DNA from: Eubacteriales bacterium
GTDB lineage: Bacteria; Bacillota; Clostridia; Oscillospirales; CAG-272
DNA length: 54,185 bases
Reading direction: 5' to 3'
Assembly (NCBI GenBank): GCA_045596505.1
Contig: JAZOCO010000005.1
Coordinates: forward strand, 1 to 54,185
Shown here: piece by piece, positions 16,716 through 26,218 of the stretch
How the letters are laid out: each line of letters begins with the position of its first letter
Position numbering within the stretch: the stretch's first letter is position 1
Notes under the pieces: generated by a model
The model's input: only the letters and a program-made list of their open reading frames with translations
The model's database searches: none
Told to the model about the DNA's origin: nothing
Translations under genes and position numbers: made by a program

Positions 16716-18542
16716 TTAGCCGATCTTTGACCAATATTTTTGTGTGGGTGTGATGGTGACGGATGCCGCCGCGATCTTATACCACTCCTCGTAATCAGCA
16801 GTAGAGATCTTTTCACGTGCAAGAGACTTCCAGTTTTCAAGGTCGCCCTCACCGCCATAATACATCACGTGATATCCATAGGTCGTCTTTACGCCGACGG
16901 GAGAAACCTCACCTACGACACGGCCGTCGTCATACAGCCACGCGTCAAATTCCGTTACCATATCGCCTCTTGCAACATCCTCGTAGAAGACATTGCTATC
17001 CTCGGTGTAGTCGTTGCCGTATGCTTCAAAATCAGCCTTTTCGATATAGTAATATTCCTCGCCCGTAGCCTCATCGGTCTTGGTGATCAGCTTCCCATCC
17101 GCCTTCATCACGGCGATCAGCTCCTTTGCCATATTCTCGGCAGAGATCTTTTCACCCCTGTCGACCAGGCGCTGTGCAAGCTCCTTCACCTTTCCCGTCA
17201 GCTTCGAGGTATCGGTAAGGCTGGCAAATGTATCACTCTTGAAAAGGATATGTCCAACATCCTGCAAAAGTGCATCATCCTTATGCACAGGCTTCAAAAC
17301 GTAGCAAACGGTATAGGTAGCGGTGGCGTCCTCATATTCGTACGTTACCTCGCCGCCGTCCTCCTCGGGCTCGATCTCCTTGCGACCATTCTCTTTTTCA
17401 TCCTTAATGGTATGTGTGTCACCGGCAGCAACGGGATCCTCCGTATCAAAGAGCCAGTCCTCAAGCGCTAAGTCGTCATCGGTCTTTTTGTAGTTGATAT
17501 GATGCGCATCAGACTGCTTTTGCAGCGCCTCAAGTGCCGCGGCATCATCACTCTTTTCGGGATCCTTCAGCTTCAGATCCTCCTTCAGATACAGCATAAG
17601 AAGATTTGAAAAGCTCTCCGCATCAGTGCACTCGGCAAGCTCGGTGATATAATTCTCATATCTTTGCTTGTCCGCCACAAACTTTTCATATGCCTCGGCA
17701 TTCTTTGTTGCTGCATCCTCTGTCTCATCGGACACGGGCTTGAAGGTCGCATTAAACGTGTAGGAGATATGGTCCACGTAAATGTCGAAAAGGTTCTTAT
17801 TGTTCTGGTAGTATTCCTCCATGCGCAGGTCGGTCGCGCCGTTCTCGAACTCCTCCATCTTGATCTGTGTAAACTTAGTGGCAAGCTGGGTAAGCTCCAT
17901 CATAGCACGCACATCCTTTTCGCCAACGCCTTTGCCGTACATAGCGGAAAGGTAGCCCGAGGTGGTGTAGCCGCTGTATGCTGCATAAAGCTCCATGCTC
18001 TCAAGCGCACTATCGATCGTCTTGTAATCGGACTCGTCAAGGGTGATACCATATTGACGTGCTTGCTCGCAAAGCACCAGCACCTGCTGGATGCTCGCCG
18101 TCGCGCGACCTGCAAAATAGTCAAACCAGGTCACGGTCGTAACAGCACCCGTCGTTTCATCCGTGGTAGAGCTATAGATCTGATCGCGCAAGGGCGCAGA
18201 GGTGTTAAGGCCGCTTCCGCCCTGTCCCTTGATAAACTGCATATAGCCCGTCGACTGGTAGGTGTTGACCCATTCCTGATACTCGGTATAGACCATATAG
18301 GACATCATAGACACCGTGATCTCGAAATGCTCGCTTTCATAGATCACCTTGCCCCGCAAAAATACGCCGCGAGAATTAAGAGCGCTGAAGGTAGCAAAAA
18401 GCACGATCGCCACCAGCACCGACACCACGATAAGAGTGCCGACCCAAGTGGGCATTTCGCGTTTTTTAGCAGCGCTTCTCTTACCGCTGCCGGCAAGCAC
18501 GCTCGCTGCCTGTTGTTTTTTTGTTCTGTTTCCTTTTCCCAT
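16716..18542 (-). CDS. Membrane-anchored parvulin-type peptidyl-prolyl cis-trans isomerase (PrsA/SurA-like)
   Basis: 608 aa. N-terminal basic segment plus TM helix. C-terminal PpiC-like segment GHILFKSD ... GYHVMYY. Confidence 0.7.
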   Translation of the reverse strand: MGKGNRTKKQQAASVLAGSGKRSAAKKREMPTWVGTLIVVSVLVAIVLFATFSALNSRGVFLRGKVIYESEHFEITVSMMSYMVYTEYQEWVNTYQSTGYMQFIKGQGGSGLNTSAPLRDQIYSSTTDETTGAVTTVTWFDYFAGRATASIQQVLVLCEQARQYGITLDESDYKTIDSALESMELYAAYSGYTTSGYLSAMYGKGVGEKDVRAMMELTQLATKFTQIKMEEFENGATDLRMEEYYQNNKNLFDIYVDHISYTFNATFKPVSDETEDAATKNAEAYEKFVADKQRYENYITELAECTDAESFSNLLMLYLKEDLKLKDPEKSDDAAALEALQKQSDAHHINYKKTDDDLALEDWLFDTEDPVAAGDTHTIKDEKENGRKEIEPEEDGGEVTYEYEDATATYTVCYVLKPVHKDDALLQDVGHILFKSDTFASLTDTSKLTGKVKELAQRLVDRGEKISAENMAKELIAVMKADGKLITKTDEATGEEYYYIEKADFEAYGNDYTEDSNVFYEDVARGDMVTEFDAWLYDDGRVVGEVSPVGVKTTYGYHVMYYGGEGDLENWKSLAREKISTADYEEWYKIAAASVTITPTQKYWSKIG

Positions 18543-18637
18543 TTTAAGGAACCGCCTTTCGAATTTTTATAGTCGTATAATTATCATATCTCTTCGGGGT
18601 GTTTGGTGAATGAACGCCCTGTGAATGATCCCGAATT

Positions 18638-20320
18638 TTATACGTTCATAATAACGGGCAAGACCATCGGCTTTCTGCCCGTCCTTGCATACAGGAACTT
18701 GGAAAGCTCGTCGCGCACCGTGTTTTTGAGATGCATACGGTCCCGCGACTGTCTGCCGCTAAGACACTTTTGAATGGTTCTTGTGACCTGTTTTTTTGCT
18801 TCCTCCATCAACGCCTCGTTCTCACGCACGTATACAAAGCCGCGCGATACGATATCAGGCCCTGACAAAATGAGGGAGCTTTCCTCATCTACCGTGGCAA
18901 CCACTACGATAAGGCCGTCCTGCGACAGATGCTTGCGGTCACGCAGCACGATATTGCCAACGTCGCCCACGCCATAGCCGTCGACCAGGACCTGTCCTGC
19001 GGGAGCTGCGCCCGCAAAGCGCGCGCCCTTAGCGTCAATTTCCAGTACCTTTCCGATATCCGCGAGGAAAATGTTGCGATCGTCAATACCGATCTCCAGT
19101 GCCAACGCGCGATTTGCCGCCATGTGGCGGAATTCTCCGTGTATAGGCATAAAGTAACGTGGCTTGGTAAGCGCCATCATCAGCTTTAATTCCTCAGCAC
19201 AAGCGTGCCCGGATGCGTGGATCTCAAGCGAAGCATCGTGCAGCACCTCAACGCCGTTTCTTGCCAGCTCGTTTATCACGCGTCCCACCAGCTTTTCGTT
19301 GCCGGGAATGGCGTGTGAGGAAAGCACTACCAGATCGCTTCTACCAAGCGTGACCTGCTGATGATCCGAATACGCCATACGGTAGAGCGCCGACATCGGC
19401 TCGCCTTGGCTACCCGTGGTGATCAGTGTGATCTGCTCCGGCTTATAACGCTTTATCTCACCAATATCAATGAGGGTGTCCTTCGGCACCTTCATATAGC
19501 CAAGCTCCACCGCCGCACCCACGATGTTCAACATACTGCGCCCCGTTACCGCAACCTTTCTCGCGTGCCGTGCACTGGTATCTATGATCTGCTGCACACG
19601 GTGCACGTTAGAGGAGAAAGTAGAGATCACTATGCGCTTATCGGTGTTTTTGGTAAAGATATACTCAAGCGATGCCCCCACCTTCTTCTCAGAAGGAGCA
19701 AAGCCGGGGCGCTCAGCGTTGGTGGACTCACAAAGCAGTGCTAACACACCCTTATTCCCAAGCTCCCCAAGACGGGTAAGGTTCATCATTTCACCCTCAA
19801 TGGGCGTAATATCCAGCTTAAAATCACCCGTATGGATGATCGTGCCAAGAGGGGTGTGTATGGCAAGGCAGCAAGCATCTGCAATGGAATGGTTCACGCG
19901 GATAAACTCAACGCTCAGCGCCCCCGCCCGAACAGTCGTGCCCGCACTGACGGTGCAAAGCTGCGGGTTCCAAGGCAGCGAATGCTCCTGTAGCTTGTTT
20001 TTGAGAATACCAAGCGTTAATTTCGTGCCGTAGATCGGCGGATTGATCGTGCGCAGTGCATACGGAATAGCACCGATATGGTCCTCATGTCCGTGCGTGA
20101 GAAAGATGCCCCGTAGCCGATCCTGATTTTGCTCTAAATACGTAATATCAGGGATCACCAAATCGATTCCCAGCATATCCTCATCGGGGAAAGCAAGTCC
20201 GCAATCCACCGCTATCATATCATTTTCATATTCGATCACGGTAATGTTTTTACCGATCTCATGTAATCCGCCAAGCGGAATTATGCGAATTTTTCCTTTG
20301 TCCTTTTTAACCTTCGGCAT
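18638..20320 (-). CDS. rnj: Ribonuclease J
   Basis: 560 aa. IIPLGGLHEIGKN, the beta-lactamase motif HGHEDHIG, and beta-CASP / C-terminal domain length typical of RNase J. Confidence 0.9.
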   Translation of the reverse strand: MPKVKKDKGKIRIIPLGGLHEIGKNITVIEYENDMIAVDCGLAFPDEDMLGIDLVIPDITYLEQNQDRLRGIFLTHGHEDHIGAIPYALRTINPPIYGTKLTLGILKNKLQEHSLPWNPQLCTVSAGTTVRAGALSVEFIRVNHSIADACCLAIHTPLGTIIHTGDFKLDITPIEGEMMNLTRLGELGNKGVLALLCESTNAERPGFAPSEKKVGASLEYIFTKNTDKRIVISTFSSNVHRVQQIIDTSARHARKVAVTGRSMLNIVGAAVELGYMKVPKDTLIDIGEIKRYKPEQITLITTGSQGEPMSALYRMAYSDHQQVTLGRSDLVVLSSHAIPGNEKLVGRVINELARNGVEVLHDASLEIHASGHACAEELKLMMALTKPRYFMPIHGEFRHMAANRALALEIGIDDRNIFLADIGKVLEIDAKGARFAGAAPAGQVLVDGYGVGDVGNIVLRDRKHLSQDGLIVVVATVDEESSLILSGPDIVSRGFVYVRENEALMEEAKKQVTRTIQKCLSGRQSRDRMHLKNTVRDELSKFLYARTGRKPMVLPVIMNV

Positions 20321-20481
20321 AGATCCTCCTTAAACAAAAACTTTTGCCCAGCCGCAAAACAGGAGGGGGTCCCCCGGTCGGCACAGCCACGCCTGCAACA
20401 GGACGCCCCCTGCACAGCAAGGGTCACTTTATCATCGTATCGGGAACCGCCCGACAGCACTATCACTTTAATATATTATAC

Positions 20482-20510
20482 ATTATACACTAACATACCT
20501 TGCTTGTCAA
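20482..20510 (-). promoter_or_regulatory. Consensus sigma-A promoter of rnj (about 150-nt leader)
   Basis: Minus strand: TTGACA (20510-20505), 17-nt spacer, TATAAT (20487-20482). Confidence 0.65.
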
Positions 20511-20776
20511 GCGCCTTGTAAAAGGAAAACCAACGCAAGCACACCCGCGCCCAGCACCGCGCCCAGCAAAACCAGCAAAAGCCCACGTAGCACCCCCCTT
20601 TTTTTGCGCACCGTCCTTACCCCCTCACCTATAATACGGTTTGCTTCCGCCAGCATATCATCAACGCCGACAGACGGATTTTCGCGCCGCAACACAAAAA
20701 AAGCACTTTCAAAAACACTGCTTTGCTCCGTTTGCAGTACGATCATTTGCTTTTGACAACCTCGTAGCATCATCAT
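20507..20776 (-). CDS. Hypothetical small protein with C-terminal transmembrane anchor
   Basis: ATG at 20776 lies 8 nt after an AAGGAG RBS, giving 89 aa. The upstream part of the 171-aa ORF overlaps the abrB promoter region and is AT-rich. Confidence 0.5.
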   Translation of the reverse strand: MMMLRGCQKQMIVLQTEQSSVFESAFFVLRRENPSVGVDDMLAEANRIIGEGVRTVRKKRGVLRGLLLVLLGAVLGAGVLALVFLLQGA

Positions 20777-20959
20777 CCCACCCTCTCCTTCTTTTTGGAG
20801 AATTATTTGGCAAAAACTTCTTATTCCAATCAAAAGCATGCGTAAAAAGATACACTTCGCCCATTTTCTCACACCGTTCGCTGACTTTTGAAAATACACG
20901 AGCATTTTTGTAGCTTTCCATAAAATTGTTAAAAAACCATAAATTTCCATATTTGGATA

Positions 20960-20988
20960 TTGACAACCATTTTTCGATGGTATATAAT
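20960..20988 (+). promoter_or_regulatory. Consensus sigma-A promoter of abrB
   Basis: TTGACA (20960-20965), 17-nt spacer, TATAAT (20983-20988). Confidence 0.65.
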
Positions 20989-21043
20989 AAATATAAACAA
21001 TATTTGACACAGTATATATCACGGCTTACGAAAAGGAGAAATT

Positions 21044-21286
21044 ATGAAATCGACCGGTATTACCAGAAAAGTAGACGATTTGGGACGTTTTGTATTGCCT
21101 ATTGAGATCCGCCGTTCGCTGGATATCAAGGAAAATGATGCGCTTGAGATCTTTACCGATGAAAATCAGATCGTTTTGAAAAAATATCTGCCTGCATGCG
21201 TATTCTGCAAAGAGGCAGACGACGTTGTGCTCTTTGAGGACAAGCGTATTTGCCGCCGTTGCATTGACCGCTTAAAGGCACTGTAA
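21044..21286 (+). CDS. abrB: AbrB/SpoVT-family transition-state regulator with C-terminal CxxC..CxxC tail
   Basis: MKSTGITRKVDDLGRFVLPIEIRRSLDIKENDALEIF is a swapped-hairpin AbrB N-domain. The tail is CVFCKEADDVVLFEDKRICRRC. Confidence 0.85.
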   Translation: MKSTGITRKVDDLGRFVLPIEIRRSLDIKENDALEIFTDENQIVLKKYLPACVFCKEADDVVLFEDKRICRRCIDRLKAL

Positions 21287-21290
21287 CCGT

Positions 21291-21878
21291 ATGCTGGTGC
21301 TGCATAAGATCCTGTGCAACTTACCGGGGGATCGCTCTGCCACGCGCGCTGCGCAAAGTGCGGCGGCACGCAAATTGCTGCTTGGCGTAACAGAGAAATT
21401 AGGCATCAAGCCCTCCACTATTTTAAAGACAAAGGAGGGCAGACCCTATTTTAAGGATCTGCCCTTGGTTGATTTTAGTCTTGCCCACACCGACGGGATC
21501 GCCGTTTGTGCGCTTTGGCAAGCAGATGAAGAGACCTTGCCCCGCGTTGGGGTTGACGTTGAGCGTCTTACACGTTTTGACAGCAAAAAGATCTCCGCCT
21601 TCACAACGCGCTTTTTTGGCGTGCATGAGCGCAGCTACGTTCTTGGCGCTAAGGATCAAGGTGCCGCTTTTACGGAGGTGTTTGTGAAAAAGGAGGCGTA
21701 TGCCAAGTACCGAGGTGATGGCATCGGAATGCATTTGTCACGCACGGATACGCACGCCCCTGACTTTGAAGTGACGCACGGCGTGCGCTTTCACGCCTTG
21801 CGCGAGGGGGACTATTTTATTTCTCTTTGCGTGTCGATCACGTGTGAAGAGCCACCTCTTGACCTTGCAAAACTATAA
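21291..21878 (+). CDS. 4'-phosphopantetheinyl transferase (Sfp-type)
   Basis: 195 aa. Motifs FSLAHTDG, GVDVE and KKEAYAKY(R)G. Starts 5 nt after the abrB stop. Confidence 0.75.
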   Translation: MLVLHKILCNLPGDRSATRAAQSAAARKLLLGVTEKLGIKPSTILKTKEGRPYFKDLPLVDFSLAHTDGIAVCALWQADEETLPRVGVDVERLTRFDSKKISAFTTRFFGVHERSYVLGAKDQGAAFTEVFVKKEAYAKYRGDGIGMHLSRTDTHAPDFEVTHGVRFHALREGDYFISLCVSITCEEPPLDLAKL

Positions 21879-21900
21879 AATGGGCTTCCCCGCTTAAAAA

Positions 21901-21934
21901 GAGGCTGTCTCAAATGCCAATTTGAGACAGCCTC
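21901..21934. terminator. Bidirectional intrinsic terminator (CAAAT..ATTTG family)
   Basis: GAGGCTGTCTCAAAT GCCA ATTTGAGACAGCCTC, flanked by A5 and T-rich tracts. Confidence 0.8.
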
Positions 21935-21941
21935 TTTCTTT

Positions 21942-22910
21942 TTATGCCCAACTCATCGTGGTGGGCTTTTCTTCCTTAATGAGAATATCGCCAAGGAACG
22001 ATACCGCCTTGGAAAGCCCCTCGTCAATGGTCATCAGGCTGTCCTCGTGCTCAATAGAAAGCACGCGATCATAGCCCACAAGCCGCAGGTTGCTGACCAG
22101 GTCGCGCCAGTAGCTCTCCCCGTTGCCGTACCCTACCGTACGGAAGATCCAGGAACGGTGCAGCTCATCGCCGTAATGCTTGGTATCAAGAACGCCGTTT
22201 ACGGCAGTATTATACGTGTCTATCTTGGTGTCCTTGGCGTGCACGTGATAAATAGCACCTTGAAGCGCGCGGATGGCAGCAACGGGATCAATTCCCTGCC
22301 AAACAAGGTGGGAGGGATCAAAATTTGCACCGATCACGTCGCCAACAGCGGCACGCAGACGCAAAAGCGTTTCGGGATTATATACGCAAAAGCCTGGGTG
22401 CATTTCAAAGGCGATGCGCGTGACCTTATGCGCCTTTGCAAAGGCAGCAGCCTCGCGCCAATACGGGATCAACTTCTCGTTCCACAGCCAATCAAGGATA
22501 TGAAGAAAATCCTCGGGCCAAGGACAGGTCACCCAGTTTGGATATTTCGATTCTTCGCTGTCGCCGGGACAGCCGGAAAACGTGATAACGGTATCAACAC
22601 CCATTCTTTCGGCAAGCAGCACGGCGTTTCTAAAATCACGATCAAACTGTGTGGCAACGGCAGCATCGGGATGCAATGCGTTTCCGTGTGCGGCAAGGGC
22701 ACAGACCTCTATGCCGTATTTGTCCAGCGTTGCCTTAAAAGCATCATATTTTCTGCTATCTTTTAGCAACTCCTCAGGATCACAATGCGCCTTTCCCGGG
22801 TACCCGCCCGCACCAAGCTCAACGGTCTTAATACCAAGAGAGGAAAGAATCGCCAACGTTTCGCCAAGCGATTTCGTTCCATATAGATTTGCAAGCACGC
22901 TCAGTTTCAT
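21942..22910 (-). CDS. Sugar phosphate isomerase/epimerase (xylose-isomerase-like TIM barrel)
   Basis: 322 aa. Motifs IAFEMHPG, NFDPSHLVWQG and LSIEHED match the AP_endonuc_2 / inosose-dehydratase-like pattern. Confidence 0.7.
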   Translation of the reverse strand: MKLSVLANLYGTKSLGETLAILSSLGIKTVELGAGGYPGKAHCDPEELLKDSRKYDAFKATLDKYGIEVCALAAHGNALHPDAAVATQFDRDFRNAVLLAERMGVDTVITFSGCPGDSEESKYPNWVTCPWPEDFLHILDWLWNEKLIPYWREAAAFAKAHKVTRIAFEMHPGFCVYNPETLLRLRAAVGDVIGANFDPSHLVWQGIDPVAAIRALQGAIYHVHAKDTKIDTYNTAVNGVLDTKHYGDELHRSWIFRTVGYGNGESYWRDLVSNLRLVGYDRVLSIEHEDSLMTIDEGLSKAVSFLGDILIKEEKPTTMSWA

Positions 22911-22950
22911 ATCAAATACTCCTTTGCTGTTTGATGATCTCCGAAAAAAA

Positions 22951-22973
22951 GGCTACCACCTACGGCGGTAGCC
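22951..22973 (-). terminator. Intrinsic terminator after the surface-protein gene
   Basis: GGCTACC..GGTAGCC stem flanked by A7/T5; the minus strand reads a T7 tail. Confidence 0.6.
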
Positions 22974-22998
22974 TTTTTAAACGATTCTACACCGTTTA

Positions 22999-24564
22999 TT
23001 ATTCTTCTTTGTTCTCTTCTGCCGCAGGAGCATCCTCCACGGGAATCTCCTCCACAGGAGCATCTGCAACAAAGGCTTCGTCAGCGCTCGCAGCAGCTGC
23101 CGCCTTCTTCTTGGGCAGGATCACCAAGAATACCACAGCGCAAGCACCGCCTGCAACCACAAGCACGCCACCCACGATAATGAGGATCAATGCCCACGTA
23201 GCAAGACCGCCCTCTTCAGTGGTGTCGTCCTTCTTTTTCTTATTGTTAAAGCGGTTCTTAATGTCCTCCTGGGACTCAAAGTTGTATTCGCGGTCAATGC
23301 CGGTCTCATCACGACCTGCGTTAGCACCGTCGTCCACGTAATTAAGCTCCTCTACGTAAGCATGGATCGCTGCAGCCACCTTAGTGGCGTCCTTTACACC
23401 TTCGGTCTTCAAAGAATCGGGTGCCTTGGCATCGTCGGGATCAACAATTGCCCACTGCCAAACAGGCATCTGACCGGGAGTGGGATCGCTTACCCAGTTG
23501 ATCACACCGGCTTCGCGGTAGCTCTCGATAAGCCCGGCATCCAGATAGTCGGTATAATCGGTAGCGTTGGAATTCAAGAGCTTGTTGTATGCGTTCTGAA
23601 TATAGGGAATTGCCGCAGCAGGTGCATACGTAGCCGTATATCCACTCTGTCTTACGTAACCGGGCACTCTCGCACCAAGCATGGACATGCAGTAAAGATT
23701 CACATTTCTGGCTTGAGTGGTCTCGTTGTAAGCCGCATCGCTTCCAACATTCCAAGTATCATTTGCCACACCGATAATGTAGGTCCAGTCAAGATCGCTT
23801 GTTCCATCCAAACCGGAAACGGAAGGCGCATTTTCAAAGTTAAACATATCATCGGCAAGGACGAAGGGATCGTCGACGGTGCCGTCGGAATACGCCCAAA
23901 CCATCACAACCTTATAGTCGTCGGGGTCCACGGCTCCGCCATAGTAGCTTCTGAGGAACTCGGTCTTAGGATCGAAATCCGTAACGTTGGCATCTGCCCA
24001 AACCAGCCACTCAACGGTCTTTGCCGTGATCAGCCAAATAACTGCGGTCTCACCGTCAGCCAAGGTCATATCCTCGCCTGCATTGGTGAGATACTTGGTG
24101 TAAATATTGTTGGGAAGCGCTGTATACTGACCGGCAGTAGTAGCGTCGATCAACACGTCATCCTTTATCTCTATCTCGGAGATAAAGCGATAATGGTCGC
24201 GCCATTCCTTCCAAAGAGGATAGTCCTCGCTGACTCTATGCTGAATGTAGGGGCTCTGCGCATCGGTAGGAACCTTGTCGATCTCCACGCCAAGCAGAAG
24301 CGAGAGGCTATCAAGCTCTATGCTGCCCGCACCGTTGTTGTAGATCTCAATAAAGTCCATAGAACCGATGGTGGAAAGACCGGATACGGTAGCATTTCCG
24401 TTTCTGTAATACGTCATATCGGCGCCGATCTCAGTAATAACGAGCTTGGTCGCATCGTTCCTCGTTGTCCCGTCATATGTTGCGGTAGCTGCGAAGGCGG
24501 GGATAGCAGCCAACAAAGACGCAAGCATAAGTACGCTTAAAAGCAATGCAAGTAATTTGCGCAT
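22999..24564 (-). CDS. Secreted, C-terminally membrane-anchored protein with a lamin-tail-domain-like N-terminal region
   Basis: Signal peptide MRKLLALLLSVLMLASLLAAIPAFA. LTD-like LVITEIG ... FIEIYNNGAGSIELD. C-terminal TM helix LATWALILIIVGGVLVVAGGACAVVFLVIL plus a basic then acidic tail. Confidence 0.55.
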   Translation of the reverse strand: MRKLLALLLSVLMLASLLAAIPAFAATATYDGTTRNDATKLVITEIGADMTYYRNGNATVSGLSTIGSMDFIEIYNNGAGSIELDSLSLLLGVEIDKVPTDAQSPYIQHRVSEDYPLWKEWRDHYRFISEIEIKDDVLIDATTAGQYTALPNNIYTKYLTNAGEDMTLADGETAVIWLITAKTVEWLVWADANVTDFDPKTEFLRSYYGGAVDPDDYKVVMVWAYSDGTVDDPFVLADDMFNFENAPSVSGLDGTSDLDWTYIIGVANDTWNVGSDAAYNETTQARNVNLYCMSMLGARVPGYVRQSGYTATYAPAAAIPYIQNAYNKLLNSNATDYTDYLDAGLIESYREAGVINWVSDPTPGQMPVWQWAIVDPDDAKAPDSLKTEGVKDATKVAAAIHAYVEELNYVDDGANAGRDETGIDREYNFESQEDIKNRFNNKKKKDDTTEEGGLATWALILIIVGGVLVVAGGACAVVFLVILPKKKAAAAASADEAFVADAPVEEIPVEDAPAAEENKEE

Positions 24565-24596
24565 GGTTAGTACCTTCCTTTTTTATTGGTATTCCC

Positions 24597-24625
24597 ATTA
24601 TAATACAGTTTTTGCCTTTTGTCAA
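24597..24625 (-). promoter_or_regulatory. Consensus sigma-A promoter of the LTD-like protein gene
   Basis: Minus strand: TTGACA (24625-24620), 17-nt spacer, TATAAT (24602-24597). Confidence 0.6.
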
Positions 24626-24715
24626 TAAGTTTTTTATATTTAAAGCTTTTTTTGTGCATTTTATTGAAAAGATGTCACTAAATAACACAGAGAAAGAAAA
24701 TTTTCGGTCAAGAGC

Positions 24716-26218
24716 TTAGGGAATCATAAGATACCGCACACCCGAAAGCGATGCCACATCCCCCATATCCTCATCCGATATTCCGTTTGAGGCAGCAATA
24801 CGCGCGGGTGACGTAGCATATTTCTTGGCAATTTCCCACAGTGACGCCCCTGCCTCGGGGTAGCAGAGCTCAAGATCGGCACGCCGACACGCCTCTCGCG
24901 GCGAAAATTCCGCCTTTTCCACAGCCCTTACCGTCGCAAACGAGGAGCCTCGCATTGCAAGCTGTAATTCAGCATCAAGCCGCATCCGTTCCCCCTCCTG
25001 CTGCATGCGACACACGGGAACGTCGGCATAAACGGAAAGCGACTCGGGCTCGCCCTCGCTTACCACCCGAAACGGCACGTCAGTGCCTGCTACGCCATAT
25101 TCGTTTTCGCAGTAATAAAGCACGTGACAGTGGAGATCGCCCGAAAGCACAGTCTGCCCCTTCCCCGTGCTTCTTTGGCGCACCTCTGCCTCCGCACACA
25201 CGTCGATCACCGCAGCAGCGGGGGGCAGACCGATCTCCGCAGCAGATAACGCGGCACAGACGCTGAAGTTCTTGTTGGCGCAAAGATGCGGCAACCATAC
25301 GCGCTCTTCCGTGTAGCTGCACGCAGTATTCATACCCGGCATAAAAAGATCCTTGGTATAGTAAGCGGCTGTTTTACCGGTGACCTCTACCTGTGGCAGC
25401 ACGCGAACGGCAAGCGTCACTCTTCCACCCTCCGCCACTGCGCGCACCTCAGTAGCAACAGCGGTAGCACGTGCATTCTGATCCGAGAAGGACGCCTCAA
25501 GCGGCACGTCGTACGAAAGTGGTAAGCGGCGCACCACCGTATATGGTAAGCTCCCCACCTGTCCCTCGTCTGCCTTGCAGCAAAGCAGCGTTGCAATTAC
25601 CTCTCCCTTGCATCGCACACTGTCGCCAAAGGCACTTACCTCCGGCAAAAACACCTCGGCACGCGCGCAGATCACACGGACCTCCTCCGCCTCAAATTCA
25701 TCGCAAACCTCCACAACATCGCCCGTGGCGCAAAGAAAGCTACCGCTTTCCTGCAGCTCACCGAGACGACATACCTCATCCGCTTCGTCCGGCAGCGAAA
25801 CACCAAGATCACGCGCTCCGTACCCATTCACGTGGGCATGCGCACGGCAGTGGACAGTGAGTCTGCGCGGCGCTGCCACGCGACCAATGACCGCGTCGGG
25901 CACGACCTGTGTCGAAAGCAGCGCTGCGCCGGGTGCTTGCAGCTGCACGGAAAAACCGTACGTGTCCTCAAAGGACGTACTGTAAAGCTTGCCGTCAGCA
26001 CCCGCGTAAAGCACCGCGTAGCAAACGCGCCCCGAGAACTCAGCATCGTCACCGTTTATAAATTTTGTGGGTGGCAGTATCGTGGGGCGCACCCACAGAA
26101 GCCGACTGACCTCTCCAAGATAATCAGGGAGTGAGATCTCACCGTTTAATTCAAAGGGAACCGTTTTGTCACACACCTGTATCTCTACGCTTGTGTTTTT
26201 ATCCTCGTATCCTGCCAT
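24716..26218 (-). CDS. DUF3794 domain + C-terminal LysM domain protein (SipL/SpoVID-like spore morphogenesis candidate)
   Basis: 500 aa. Repeated beta-rich DUF3794-like region. The C-terminal segment CYPEAGASLWEIAKKYATSPARIAASNGISDEDM is a LysM motif. Confidence 0.6.
   Translation of the reverse strand: MAGYEDKNTSVEIQVCDKTVPFELNGEISLPDYLGEVSRLLWVRPTILPPTKFINGDDAEFSGRVCYAVLYAGADGKLYSTSFEDTYGFSVQLQAPGAALLSTQVVPDAVIGRVAAPRRLTVHCRAHAHVNGYGARDLGVSLPDEADEVCRLGELQESGSFLCATGDVVEVCDEFEAEEVRVICARAEVFLPEVSAFGDSVRCKGEVIATLLCCKADEGQVGSLPYTVVRRLPLSYDVPLEASFSDQNARATAVATEVRAVAEGGRVTLAVRVLPQVEVTGKTAAYYTKDLFMPGMNTACSYTEERVWLPHLCANKNFSVCAALSAAEIGLPPAAAVIDVCAEAEVRQRSTGKGQTVLSGDLHCHVLYYCENEYGVAGTDVPFRVVSEGEPESLSVYADVPVCRMQQEGERMRLDAELQLAMRGSSFATVRAVEKAEFSPREACRRADLELCYPEAGASLWEIAKKYATSPARIAASNGISDEDMGDVASLSGVRYLMIP

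Noticed and set aside
17664-18572. 302-aa plus-strand ORF
   Set aside because: It is antisense to the PPIase gene and is a shadow ORF.
20777-21022. Upstream part of the 171-aa minus ORF 20507..21022
   Set aside because: The segment is AT-rich and overlaps the abrB consensus promoter. A strong AAGGAG RBS precedes the internal ATG at 20776.
23362-24540. 392-aa plus-strand ORF
   Set aside because: It is antisense to the signal-peptide/LTD-like protein gene, which has a consensus promoter, RBS and terminator. It has no start context and is a shadow ORF.
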